Translations under genes and position numbers: made by a program
Assembly (NCBI GenBank): GCA_964385255.1
Contig: CAYLOH010000002.1
Location: forward strand, 22,965-86,964
DNA: 64,000 nucleotides
Source: an uncultured Rubrivirga sp.
Lineage (GTDB): Bacteria; Actinomycetota; Actinomycetes; S36-B12
Direction: 5' to 3'
The notes under the pieces: generated by a model
Database searches by the model: none
Seen by the model: only the letters and a program-made list of their open reading frames with translations
What the model was told of the DNA's origin: nothing
In this document: one piece after another, positions 10,880 through 19,048 of the stretch
Numbering within the stretch: position 1 is the stretch's first letter
How the letters are laid out: every line of letters starts with the position of its first letter

Positions 10880-11329
10880 TCAGGCGGGCTCGAGTCGGAC
10901 GGCTATGGAATTGATGCAGTAGCGCTGGTCTGTGGGCGTGGGATAGCCCTCGCCTTCGAACACGTGCCCCAAGTGGCCGCCGCAGGACGCACAGCGCACC
11001 TCGGTTCGGGGGTAGCCAAGCGCTGTGTCCTCGAGATAGACGACCGAGTCCGCGGCAAGCGGGGCGTAGAAGCTCGGCCATCCGCAGTGAGACTCGAACT
11101 TCGTGTCGCTGCGGAAGAGTTCCGCCCCGCAGGCTCGGCAACTGTAGACACCCTCGGTCGTCGTATCGGTGTACTCACCCACGTAGGGCGGCTCAGTTCC
11201 CGCTTCGCGCACGACGCGGTACGCCTGCGCGCCGAGAAGCTCTCGCCACTGTTCTTCGGACCGGACAACGGGGTAGCGGGACCCATCCGGCCGAAGGGGT
11301 CCGTCACCCGCTGGGCTCGATGTGCTCAC
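10880..11329 (-). CDS. msrB: peptide-methionine (R)-S-oxide reductase
   Basis: SelR domain with two CxxC pairs (CRACGAELF, CASCGGHLGHVF) and CGWPSF. Confidence 0.95.
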   Translation of the reverse strand: MSTSSPAGDGPLRPDGSRYPVVRSEEQWRELLGAQAYRVVREAGTEPPYVGEYTDTTTEGVYSCRACGAELFRSDTKFESHCGWPSFYAPLAADSVVYLEDTALGYPRTEVRCASCGGHLGHVFEGEGYPTPTDQRYCINSIAVRLEPA

Positions 11330-11348
11330 TCATCCATGCTAAACGCGA

Positions 11349-13229
11349 TCAGGGTCGCGAACCCGCGATGTTGGGTGAGAGAGAGATCACCGCTCGGACA
11401 CGTAGCCCGGGGCGTTGAGTCGATGGCATCACGGGTTCGTAGGCGACCCGACCGTGTGTCGCTTCCGCAAGGACGATCGAACCCAAACCCGTCGGCCGGT
11501 CATCTGGGGACTTTCCGACACCGTCGTCCTCCACCACCACTTCGACACCTGACGGATGGGAGAGGACCTCCACCCGCACGTTCGCAGCGTCACCGTGTCG
11601 GACGGCGTTGGCGAGGCACTCCTCAACGACCCGTGCGACCGTCGTCGCAACGCGGCCCGATAGCTCGGCCACGGCGCCGTCGATGCGGGACTCGGCCACC
11701 ACAAGACCTTGCCATGCTGCAACAGTTCGACCTACGGCGTCAGCCAGGTCGGTCTCGTTGACATTCGTGGTGCCGGTAGGTGCCGTCACGATTTCGATCG
11801 CGCGCTCCATGGATGCAATGAGTTGCTGTGGATCATCCGAATCAGTGGCTTGCTCTATGGCGGCAGCGCACGCAATGAGGGATGTCTGCACCGTGCCGTG
11901 CAGATGTGTAGCGGTCTCACGTGCGAGGCGAGCAAGGTGACGCCCTTGTGCGATCTGGGTGATGCGCTCTTGTGACGTGTGATGTCTCAGTCGCGACAGC
12001 ACTGCGCCGCGGGCACCATTCAGCGTCGCGATCGCTGCTGGAGCGAAAACGGAGATCGTCATGGCGATGAGTGATCCGGCCACCTCGGTCGACATGCTGC
12101 GCACATCGGCAGCACTCAACCCGAGCACGACGGCTAGTCCGAGAGCCTGAGCCACCACGAAGACCGCCCAGAAGCCCACACTGTTGGTACGTGTGCCTCG
12201 AGAAGATTGCAGTGTCCGCAGAAGCAAACCGATCACGGAGGCCATCAGCACCGTCACGGCGATTCCTTGTATCACGCCGAACGACATCATCGCGGTGCGC
12301 AAATACCCGATGATCACGATGAGGGCAGTCGGGATAGCCCACGCGATGGGGTGTCGAACCGTATCGATGAGGACTTCGCGCCACGATGGATTGGGGTAGC
12401 GCTGTTCCGTCACCTGCCACAACTCACGACTCAGGGGACGGACTGCATCGTCCGATGCTTGCCGGAGCCGATGGGCCACGGCGCGCCAGGAAGCGTCGAT
12501 CGTGAATTGGTCCACCTCTGACCGCATCTGCTGCAGGCGCCCCTCCAACTCATGACGGATTGGCTCGAGATCAGCGAGAGAAGAGGTCAACTCCGCCCTG
12601 AAACCATTCGTCAAGGCGACTAGCACTTCCGTCTCGGCGATGGACGTCAATTCCGCAGCAACCGACTGTTCGATGAGCTCCTCTCGATCGTGTTGATAGT
12701 GCTCTCTCGCTTGAAGCAGCAGCGACATCGTCAGGCCGAACCACACACCGATGCTCACAGTCGCAATCACGAAACCCATCGCACCGTCGATCGGCTCGAC
12801 CGGGAGTCGACGACTGCCGACGAGCAAGGTTCCGGCGAAGATGAGTCCGACACCGACATGAAATACGACGACCTGCCACAGCGGCATCAGTCGGGTGCGC
12901 TTGTCCCGGAACACGGTGTAGTTGACCGCCAGCGCGTAGAGCCCCACCGCTGCGGACGCGATCAAGCCGAGAAGAATCCAGAAGGGCGTCTGTCGCAAGG
13001 TCGTCGGCTCGGCACCGAGCGAACCTCCCGTGCCACCGATGAGAACCACGTGCAAGGCCACGCCAATGGCATATGCCTGCCAACTGATGACCCAACGCCC
13101 GCGGGCGCGTGCCGTGAGCTCGTCGAGTCTGGTCGTCAACCGGCCCAGCGTTCCTACCGGTCTAGGCGACGTCATGGCGCAATAATTGACCACACAGGAA
13201 CGTGACCGGAGGCAATCGATGAGCGACAT
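11349..13229 (-). CDS. orphan membrane sensor histidine kinase (HisKA_3/NarL-class core, polytopic sensor)
   Basis: The C-terminus has an H-box-like LARLARETATHLHGTVQTSL, an N-box VEECLANAVRHG, G1 VEDDGVG and G2 GLGS. The N-terminal ~440 aa contain two clusters of TM helices separated by a coiled-coil-like segment. An alternative start is MTSPRP at 13175. Confidence 0.75.
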   Translation of the reverse strand: MSLIDCLRSRSCVVNYCAMTSPRPVGTLGRLTTRLDELTARARGRWVISWQAYAIGVALHVVLIGGTGGSLGAEPTTLRQTPFWILLGLIASAAVGLYALAVNYTVFRDKRTRLMPLWQVVVFHVGVGLIFAGTLLVGSRRLPVEPIDGAMGFVIATVSIGVWFGLTMSLLLQAREHYQHDREELIEQSVAAELTSIAETEVLVALTNGFRAELTSSLADLEPIRHELEGRLQQMRSEVDQFTIDASWRAVAHRLRQASDDAVRPLSRELWQVTEQRYPNPSWREVLIDTVRHPIAWAIPTALIVIIGYLRTAMMSFGVIQGIAVTVLMASVIGLLLRTLQSSRGTRTNSVGFWAVFVVAQALGLAVVLGLSAADVRSMSTEVAGSLIAMTISVFAPAAIATLNGARGAVLSRLRHHTSQERITQIAQGRHLARLARETATHLHGTVQTSLIACAAAIEQATDSDDPQQLIASMERAIEIVTAPTGTTNVNETDLADAVGRTVAAWQGLVVAESRIDGAVAELSGRVATTVARVVEECLANAVRHGDAANVRVEVLSHPSGVEVVVEDDGVGKSPDDRPTGLGSIVLAEATHGRVAYEPVMPSTQRPGLRVRAVISLSPNIAGSRP

Positions 13230-13755
13230 GCTGGATACCCGAAGCGCGTGGCTCAGCGGCGAAGAACTGGATTCCGCCCGAGAGCGCGTTCCGATGGTCT
13301 ACATCGATGCAGTACCCGTTCGCACGGATGAACGGGGCCAAGTCGTCAGCGTCGGTCTGCTGCTTCGGGCGCTACCGGATGGCTCCATCAGCAGGGCGGT
13401 CGTGACCGGTCGCGTTCTCTACGGTGAGCGGGTGCGCGATGCGCTCTTGAGACACTTGGAAAAGGACTTGGGGCCGATGGCACTGCCACAGGTCCCGGTG
13501 TCTCCTCAACCTTTCACCGTGGTCGAGTACTTCCCTGACCCGGAAGTCACGGGATTCCACGATCCGAGGCAGCATGCCGTGTCCTTGGCGTTCGTGGTGT
13601 CCATCGAAGGGGACTGTTCTCCGAACCAAGATGCGTTGGATCTGGTCTGGGTCACACCGGAGGAAGCGACTCGGGCCGATTTCCAGTCGGAGATGTCCGG
13701 GGGGCAAGGCCGACTGGTTCGCATGGCCCTTGCACACTGCGGACTGTTGCCGTAG
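13219..13755 (+). CDS. Nudix-fold protein with degenerate Nudix box (DUF4916-like)
   Basis: GRVLYGERVRDALLRHLEKDLG fits GX5EX7 but has RH/LEKD in place of REUXEE. GGAGG lies 6 nt upstream of ATG 13219, so I trimmed the ORF-track start at 13186. Confidence 0.65.
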   Translation: MSDMLDTRSAWLSGEELDSARERVPMVYIDAVPVRTDERGQVVSVGLLLRALPDGSISRAVVTGRVLYGERVRDALLRHLEKDLGPMALPQVPVSPQPFTVVEYFPDPEVTGFHDPRQHAVSLAFVVSIEGDCSPNQDALDLVWVTPEEATRADFQSEMSGGQGRLVRMALAHCGLLP

Positions 13756-13778
13756 GGACTTCGCTGCGCAATCCTCGG

Positions 13779-14597
13779 TCAGGTGACGCGAGGCGAGAAA
13801 GCCGGTGGCCTGCGTTCGGCACGGGCCGAAAGTGCCTCGGCCAGGTCGGGTGACTCGAAGGCACGGGACATTTCCACGAGTGACGAGTCCACCGACTCGG
13901 CCATGCTCTGACGGTCGGCGTTCAGGAGCTGCCGCTTCATCGTCGCTACTGAGGTTGGTGATGCTTCGCTGGCCACCTCCTGGGCCCACGTCATCGCGGC
14001 GAGCAGTGGATCGTCTGCGACCTGCGCTAGACCGATGTCCCCGGCTTGTGTCCCCGTGATGGTGCGTCCGGTCAGGAGCAGATCAGTTGCGGCGGGCAAA
14101 CCGATCAGTCGGGGGAGCAACCAGGCGATCCCATACTCAGCCACCAGACCGAGCCGGGAGAAGGTGGTGCTGAGGGTGGCGCTCGGGTGCACGAATCGCC
14201 TGTCGGCGCTCACTGCGAGAACGAACCCGATTCCAGCACAGGGACCGTTGATGGCGGTCACCACCGGTGTGCCGAGCGTCAAGGCGACGATGGGAAGGGT
14301 GTCCACCCCCTGGCCATTGACATAGGACTGCAGATCGCCGACTGACCCCGCCAACGTTGACAGGTCGGCTCCCGAGCAGAAGCCGCGACCCGCTCCGGTG
14401 ACCACGATGCATCGGACGGTCGGATCGTCGTCCAATTCGGTCAGGAGTCGGGCATAGCGAGGTCCCATGTCCGGTGTCAGGGCGTTCAGTCGATCCGGCC
14501 TGTTGAGCGTGACTACGGCGATGGCTTCTCGGCGTTCGACAATGATCGAGTCATCGGTCGAAGTAGAGTGCGAAGTCATTCCCCTACCCAAGCACAC
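13779..14597 (-). CDS. enoyl-CoA hydratase/isomerase family protein
   Basis: Crotonase fold: VVTLNRPDRLNAL, VVTGAGRGFCSGADL, INGPCAGIG. An alternative start is ATG 14579. Confidence 0.88.
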   Translation of the reverse strand: MCLGRGMTSHSTSTDDSIIVERREAIAVVTLNRPDRLNALTPDMGPRYARLLTELDDDPTVRCIVVTGAGRGFCSGADLSTLAGSVGDLQSYVNGQGVDTLPIVALTLGTPVVTAINGPCAGIGFVLAVSADRRFVHPSATLSTTFSRLGLVAEYGIAWLLPRLIGLPAATDLLLTGRTITGTQAGDIGLAQVADDPLLAAMTWAQEVASEASPTSVATMKRQLLNADRQSMAESVDSSLVEMSRAFESPDLAEALSARAERRPPAFSPRVT

Positions 14598-14618
14598 CCA
14601 GGAAGAGCCGGAGGCGAC

Positions 14619-14897
14619 ATGTCACAGGAATTCGGAACGCTGGGCAAGAAGCCGCCGAAGAAGGGTGTGACGATCACCTGGCGCGGAGTGGTTCTCATCA
14701 TCATCGCGGTGCTCTTGCTGGTCTTTGCTGTCCAGAACCTGCAGACAGCGCCGGTGAACTTCTTGGGAGCCGCGCTCGATGTCTGGGTTTGGCTCCTCGT
14801 GGTGGGAAGCTTCCTGCTGGGCATGGTCTTGGGGGGAACGGTCAAGGCTGGTGCGCGCAAACTCCGCAAGCCCGGACCGCCGCAGCCCAAGAAGTAG
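14619..14897 (+). CDS. LapA/DUF1049-like small membrane protein
   Basis: 92 aa with two TM helices (VVLIIIAVLLLVFAV, WLLVVGSFLLGMVLG) and a basic tail. GGAGG lies 5 nt upstream of ATG 14619. Confidence 0.6.
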   Translation: MSQEFGTLGKKPPKKGVTITWRGVVLIIIAVLLLVFAVQNLQTAPVNFLGAALDVWVWLLVVGSFLLGMVLGGTVKAGARKLRKPGPPQPKK

Positions 14898-14901
14898 GCG
14901 A

Positions 14902-15354
14902 CTACTCGTACGGATCGATGCCGAGCAGGGTCTCGTCCTCGGGTGTCAAGTGCTCTGATGGCTCGTCGAACTGATCGAAGTTCGGGTCAGCACGCTCAGC
15001 ATCTGTCTCATCATCCAGGTACACGTCGGCAGACGGATCGAAGTCGTCGACCGTGTGCATTGCGGCTTCCTCGGCGGGCACCCAGGGCCGGGTGGTGAGG
15101 CCGCCGGCGTGCATGGGGTCGTCACTGGCGTCCTCGGCATCCTCCATGGCCAACCACGCTTCGGTGTCCTCGAGCGGGTAGTCCAGGCCATCCAGTGAGC
15201 CTTCGCCGCCGCCCCCGTTCAAGGCATTGCGAATCGCCTCGGCCTCCATGACCATGCTGAGGTGTTCGGCTTGATCGGCCGCATCTCCGGCTGACCCACC
15301 TTCATAGCCGGTCGCGCGGGCGACTTCCTCGGGGGAATCACCGTGAGTAGTCAT
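14902..15354 (-). CDS. highly acidic hypothetical protein
   Basis: About 150 aa, Asp/Glu-rich, with coding-like third-position GC. GGAGGAG lies 6 nt upstream of ATG 15354, so I trimmed the track start at 15369. Confidence 0.6.
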   Translation of the reverse strand: MTTHGDSPEEVARATGYEGGSAGDAADQAEHLSMVMEAEAIRNALNGGGGEGSLDGLDYPLEDTEAWLAMEDAEDASDDPMHAGGLTTRPWVPAEEAAMHTVDDFDPSADVYLDDETDAERADPNFDQFDEPSEHLTPEDETLLGIDPYE

Positions 15355-15410
15355 CGCCATCTCCTCCACCTTCGCCGTTCCTACCGTGCACTCTCACGTT
15401 ACCCCCGCGG

Positions 15411-15659
15411 ATGGCGTCCAAAGACAGACCAAAGTCCTCGATTTGCATCGTTGGCCGCCACGTACCGTTGATCTCGATGGACGACAGATCAACGGAGACG
15501 ACCTGGCGGGTAGCCGTCCGCCAGGCGCTTCAGCGTGGCGACGACCAAGCCTTGGCAGCGTTGTTCACTGACGCCCAGGACATGTGGGGGAGTGACCACG
15601 CGTCGCGCATGTGGCTTGAGGAAGTGAGTGGGTTCGATGCAAATGCGGTGACCGGCTGA
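15411..15659 (+). CDS. hypothetical small protein
   Basis: 82-aa ORF with no recognisable motif and coding-like codon usage. The start is uncertain; an alternative is ATG 15477. Confidence 0.35.
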   Translation: MASKDRPKSSICIVGRHVPLISMDDRSTETTWRVAVRQALQRGDDQALAALFTDAQDMWGSDHASRMWLEEVSGFDANAVTG

Positions 15660-15671
15660 CATAGTTGAGCC

Positions 15672-15917
15672 ATGGACACCGAGTCTCCACGCGATACCTA
15701 CAACCCTGGACGCCCTTGGTCTGCGCGGCGGCCGCAGAGCCTGCTGCTGTCCCTGGTCTTCATCGTGCTAGCTGTCGCTCTGGTGATGCAGGCCTTCGCC
15801 TATATCCAGCAAGGCATCGGCGGCGTCATTCCCTATGTCCTCGTGTTGGCCGGACCTGCGGTTGCGATCTTCTACATCTGGTATTTCAACTTCCGTGACT
15901 TCGAGGCCGATCAGTAG
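15672..15917 (+). CDS. hypothetical two-TM small membrane protein
   Basis: 81 aa with two clear hydrophobic helices (LLLSLVFIVLAVALVMQAF, VLVLAGPAVAIFYIWYF). The 3' end overlaps the 3' end of gluQ. Confidence 0.5.
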   Translation: MDTESPRDTYNPGRPWSARRPQSLLLSLVFIVLAVALVMQAFAYIQQGIGGVIPYVLVLAGPAVAIFYIWYFNFRDFEADQ

Positions 15918-16668
15918 TTAACGTGGCACGAAGGTTGTCCGCCATCTGCTGAATCCGCTCCCTCATCTGGCGCGTGCGCGTCAAAGGCCGTGCCAAGGCG
16001 CCCGCGCTTTTGGACAGTTTGGATCCCGAAGAGTCTGTGATCAATCCGTGGTGGGAAACCAGCGCCTTGTGGAAGAGCGATCCTGGCAAGAGTGCCGACA
16101 GTGCACGCTGGATCGACGTGGATTGGCGTAGATCGGCTCCGCGCACGACGAAGTTCACGCCGAAGTGATCGTCGTCAACCACGGAGGTGAGGTGATAGGC
16201 CGGGAGCCCGTCGCGGCGCCAGACGATTGGATCGGGAGCCTCCGGCAGGTGCAGACGCCAGGCCCCGTCGATGCTTCGCGTGGTCCGCGGGCGGGATCTG
16301 CACAGGCCTGGGCAATCATCGCCGCCATAGTTCTGCCACTGGGGTCGTGTGCAGGTGCACGAATAGGCACGGCCGCTGTCGACAAGCACATCGAAGGCTC
16401 GTCGATAGAGGGGGAGTCGTGACTCCTGACTCCAGGTAGGCATCTCAGCCGACGTTCTCGGGCCGAGCGTCCAGGGAATCTCCAACCACGTCAACATGTC
16501 GAAGATGTCCTCGAGGTACTCCCGTCGGTAGCGGGCGCGGTCAACGTCATCAATGCGCAGCATGATGTCTGCACCATTCTCCTGAGCAAGGGCCGCGGTA
16601 AGGGTGAAGTGCACGGCATTACCCAGGTGCAGATACCCGCTGGGAGTGGGTGCGTATCGAGTGCGCAC
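15886..16668 (-). CDS. gluQ: tRNA glutamyl-Q(34) synthetase (GluQRS)
   Basis: Truncated GluRS-like catalytic domain only: PSGYLHLGN (HIGH-like), a Cys cluster CTCTRPQW...CPGLC, and KLSKS. Confidence 0.88.
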   Translation of the reverse strand: MRTRYAPTPSGYLHLGNAVHFTLTAALAQENGADIMLRIDDVDRARYRREYLEDIFDMLTWLEIPWTLGPRTSAEMPTWSQESRLPLYRRAFDVLVDSGRAYSCTCTRPQWQNYGGDDCPGLCRSRPRTTRSIDGAWRLHLPEAPDPIVWRRDGLPAYHLTSVVDDDHFGVNFVVRGADLRQSTSIQRALSALLPGSLFHKALVSHHGLITDSSGSKLSKSAGALARPLTRTRQMRERIQQMADNLRATLTTDRPRSHGS

Positions 16669-16726
16669 ACCCGCACTGTAGGTGCCCTCGGTTGCAGCGA
16701 CCGACGTCAGGTGCTACCTCTTGATC

Positions 16727-17317
16727 ATGGCGAAGAGGCCGTCGAGAGTGTTCTCGGTGCTCCTGGTTGTTCTGCCCCTACTTGCTTTCACCTTGCCAGC
16801 CGCCAAAGCGGACACGGGCTCCTGGGAGGACCTTCGGAAGAACGATGGAGTGGTCGTCCTGATGCGACATGCGCTCGCCCCAGGAGGTGGAGATCCGCCA
16901 GGGTTCCGCCTAGACGATTGCCGAACGCAGAGGAACCTCTCGCGCGCAGGCCGTGACCAGGCCCGTCGCATCGGCCAGTCCATCGCAGATAGCGGAGTGA
17001 AGGTGGCGGCCATCCTAACGAGTCCGTGGTGTCGCTCGAAGGACACGGCGACCTTGCTGGATGTCGGACCCGTCGAAACCCGCGGGTATCTGGGATCCAC
17101 GTTCACCGCGCCAGCATCGATTTCCGACAAGCGTCGTTCGCTCACTCGCCGACTCATCGAATCGCACCGAGGCAACGACGGCATCATCATCGTGGTGAGT
17201 CACTACGCAAACATCATGGATCTGACGGGGACTGCCACAGATTCCGGTGAAGCCCTGGCCGTTCGGATGGACGAAGGCGGGGAAATCGTCGTCCTCGATC
17301 GAATCCCCGCCCCGTAA
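16727..17317 (+). CDS. secreted histidine phosphatase family protein
   Basis: An N-terminal signal-like segment (MAKRPSRVFSVLLVVLPLLAFTLPAAKA) is followed by the LMRHALAPG (RHG-type) motif and VVSHYANI. Confidence 0.75.
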   Translation: MAKRPSRVFSVLLVVLPLLAFTLPAAKADTGSWEDLRKNDGVVVLMRHALAPGGGDPPGFRLDDCRTQRNLSRAGRDQARRIGQSIADSGVKVAAILTSPWCRSKDTATLLDVGPVETRGYLGSTFTAPASISDKRRSLTRRLIESHRGNDGIIIVVSHYANIMDLTGTATDSGEALAVRMDEGGEIVVLDRIPAP

Positions 17318-17332
17318 CCAATACGACGAACG

Positions 17333-17418
17333 TGTCCGAGGGGGGACTTGAACCCCCATGCCCCGTAAAGGGCACTAGCACCTCAAGCTAGCGCGTCTGC
17401 CAATTCCGCCACCCGGAC
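17333..17418 (-). tRNA. tRNA-Leu (anticodon GAG)
   Basis: The reverse complement folds as a cloverleaf with acceptor GTCCGGG/CTCGGAC. The anticodon stem CTAGC/GCTAG carries the loop TTGAGGT. It also has a long variable arm and a GGTTCAAGTCC T-arm. CCA is not encoded. Confidence 0.95.
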
Positions 17419-17470
17419 GTGTGCCGCGAAAGCATAACGCCGAGACGAACGGAGACGGCAGGATGGTCCT

Positions 17471-18808
17471 ATGTCGTCAGGTGTGAGCCCTCGCAGCACC
17501 CCCGAACTCATGGTCTCGGAGGTCGTGGATCTCACGCGGGAACTGATCAGGATCGATACGAGCAACTTCGGTCCGTCAGATGAGACGGTCGGGGAAGCGG
17601 AGGCGGCGGAGTACTGCGCACATGTGCTACGCGAGGTGGGCTGGGAACCGGAGGTCATCACGACGACGAGCGATCGTCGTCGTGGTGTCGTCGTCCGCAC
17701 ACCCGGCTCGGATCCTGACGCTTCGGCGCTTGTCGTGCACGGGCACCTCGATGTTGTCCCTGCAATCGCTGCGGACTGGTCCCACCCACCCTTCGCCGCT
17801 GAGGTCGACGACGGATTCATCTGGGGGCGCGGAGCTGTCGACATGAAGAACATGGACGCCATGATGCTTGCTGTGGCCCGACACTGGGGTCGCACTGGTG
17901 AGCGTCCACGAAGGGACGTCATTTTTTGCTTCTTTCCTGACGAGGAAGCTGGGATGGTGCACGGCTCCCAATGGTTCGTGAACAACCGTCCCGACCTGTT
18001 CGCCGGTGCCACCGAGGCGGTCGGCGAGGTTGGCGGATTCTCGCTCTCGATTTCCGACGACCTTCGCCTGTACCCGATCCAGACCGCGGAGAAGGGAATC
18101 AAGTGGCTGCGGCTACGCGCTTCCATGCGTGCGGGGCACGGCTCGATGATCCATGAGGACAACGCGGTCACCGAGATCGCAGAAGCGGTGGCAGCGATCG
18201 GGCGCCATCGTTGGCCGATACGACGAACCAAGACGGTGGAGCGTTTCCTCGACGAACTGTCCCAGGCTTACGGAGTGGACCTGGTCGATTCCGACACGGA
18301 CGCGATCCTCACGAGGTTGGGCACTTTGGGCATGCTGGTCGGAGCGACGCTCCAGAACACGGCCAACCCCTCCATGCTGGAAGCTGGGTACAAAGTCAAC
18401 GTCATACCAACGAGCGCCACCGCGTACATCGATGGACGATTCCTTCCCGGATACGAATCCGAGTTCGACGAGACGATCCGATCGCTCGTGTCGGACAGGA
18501 TCGACATCGAGCCGGTGAACGACGACATAGCCATCGAAGCACCGTTCGACACGACAACGTTCGACCTCATGGCGTCGGTGTTGCGAGAAGCGGATCCGGG
18601 TGCACGAGCAGTTCCCTACATGATCAGTGGCGGCACCGATGCCAAGGCCCTGACGCGACTGGGCATAGCGTGCTACGGATTCTCACCGCTGCAGATGCCT
18701 GCCGATCTCGACTACTGGCGCTTGTTCCATGGCGTGGATGAGAGGGTGCCGATCGAGGGCCTGCAATTCGGTGTCCGGGTCTTGCACCGATTCCTCATGG
18801 CGTGCTGA
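17471..18808 (+). CDS. M20/M25/M40 family metallo-hydrolase (dipeptidase-like)
   Basis: 445 aa with metal-binding contexts VHGHLDVVP, GRGAVDMK, PDEEAG and SGGTDAK. Confidence 0.88.
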   Translation: MSSGVSPRSTPELMVSEVVDLTRELIRIDTSNFGPSDETVGEAEAAEYCAHVLREVGWEPEVITTTSDRRRGVVVRTPGSDPDASALVVHGHLDVVPAIAADWSHPPFAAEVDDGFIWGRGAVDMKNMDAMMLAVARHWGRTGERPRRDVIFCFFPDEEAGMVHGSQWFVNNRPDLFAGATEAVGEVGGFSLSISDDLRLYPIQTAEKGIKWLRLRASMRAGHGSMIHEDNAVTEIAEAVAAIGRHRWPIRRTKTVERFLDELSQAYGVDLVDSDTDAILTRLGTLGMLVGATLQNTANPSMLEAGYKVNVIPTSATAYIDGRFLPGYESEFDETIRSLVSDRIDIEPVNDDIAIEAPFDTTTFDLMASVLREADPGARAVPYMISGGTDAKALTRLGIACYGFSPLQMPADLDYWRLFHGVDERVPIEGLQFGVRVLHRFLMAC

Positions 18809-18809
18809 T

Positions 18810-18965
18810 TCAAGCCGTGCGCGCGACTCGATAGACACGTCGTCGCAATCGATATTGACGCCTTCCGTCACGGAAGATTCGAGTTCGATCCAGTTCCCAG
18901 TTCCCCTGCTCGGCCGTGGCAGTAAGGAGGGCGCGCGCCTCTTCGCGTGGAGTGTCGCGCGACAT
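18810..18965 (-). CDS. small basic conserved protein (DUF5703-like)
   Basis: 51 aa starting at MSRDTPREEAR. The family assignment is from memory, and the start is trimmed from the track ORF. Confidence 0.45.
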   Translation of the reverse strand: MSRDTPREEARALLTATAEQGNWELDRTRIFRDGRRQYRLRRRVYRVARTA

Positions 18966-19048
18966 GTTCACTTCCCTGAATTCCCAGGTACTCGCTCGCG
19001 ATCCCATCTCGCCACGCTACCGGTTACCACGGTCGTCGAACGCCGCGA

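Noticed and set aside
17333-17418. tRNA-Leu as a possible integration hotspot or genomic-island boundary.
   Set aside because: - There is no integrase gene.
- I could see no direct repeat of the tRNA 3' end nearby.
- The flanking genes are ordinary conserved genes.
17921-17932. T6 homopolymer inside the M20 peptidase gene (and other short A/T runs at about 21605, 25485 and 38616) as slippage or phase-variation sites.
   Set aside because: - The runs are short.
- The reading frames are intact across them.
- There are no alternative-frame ORFs of interest.
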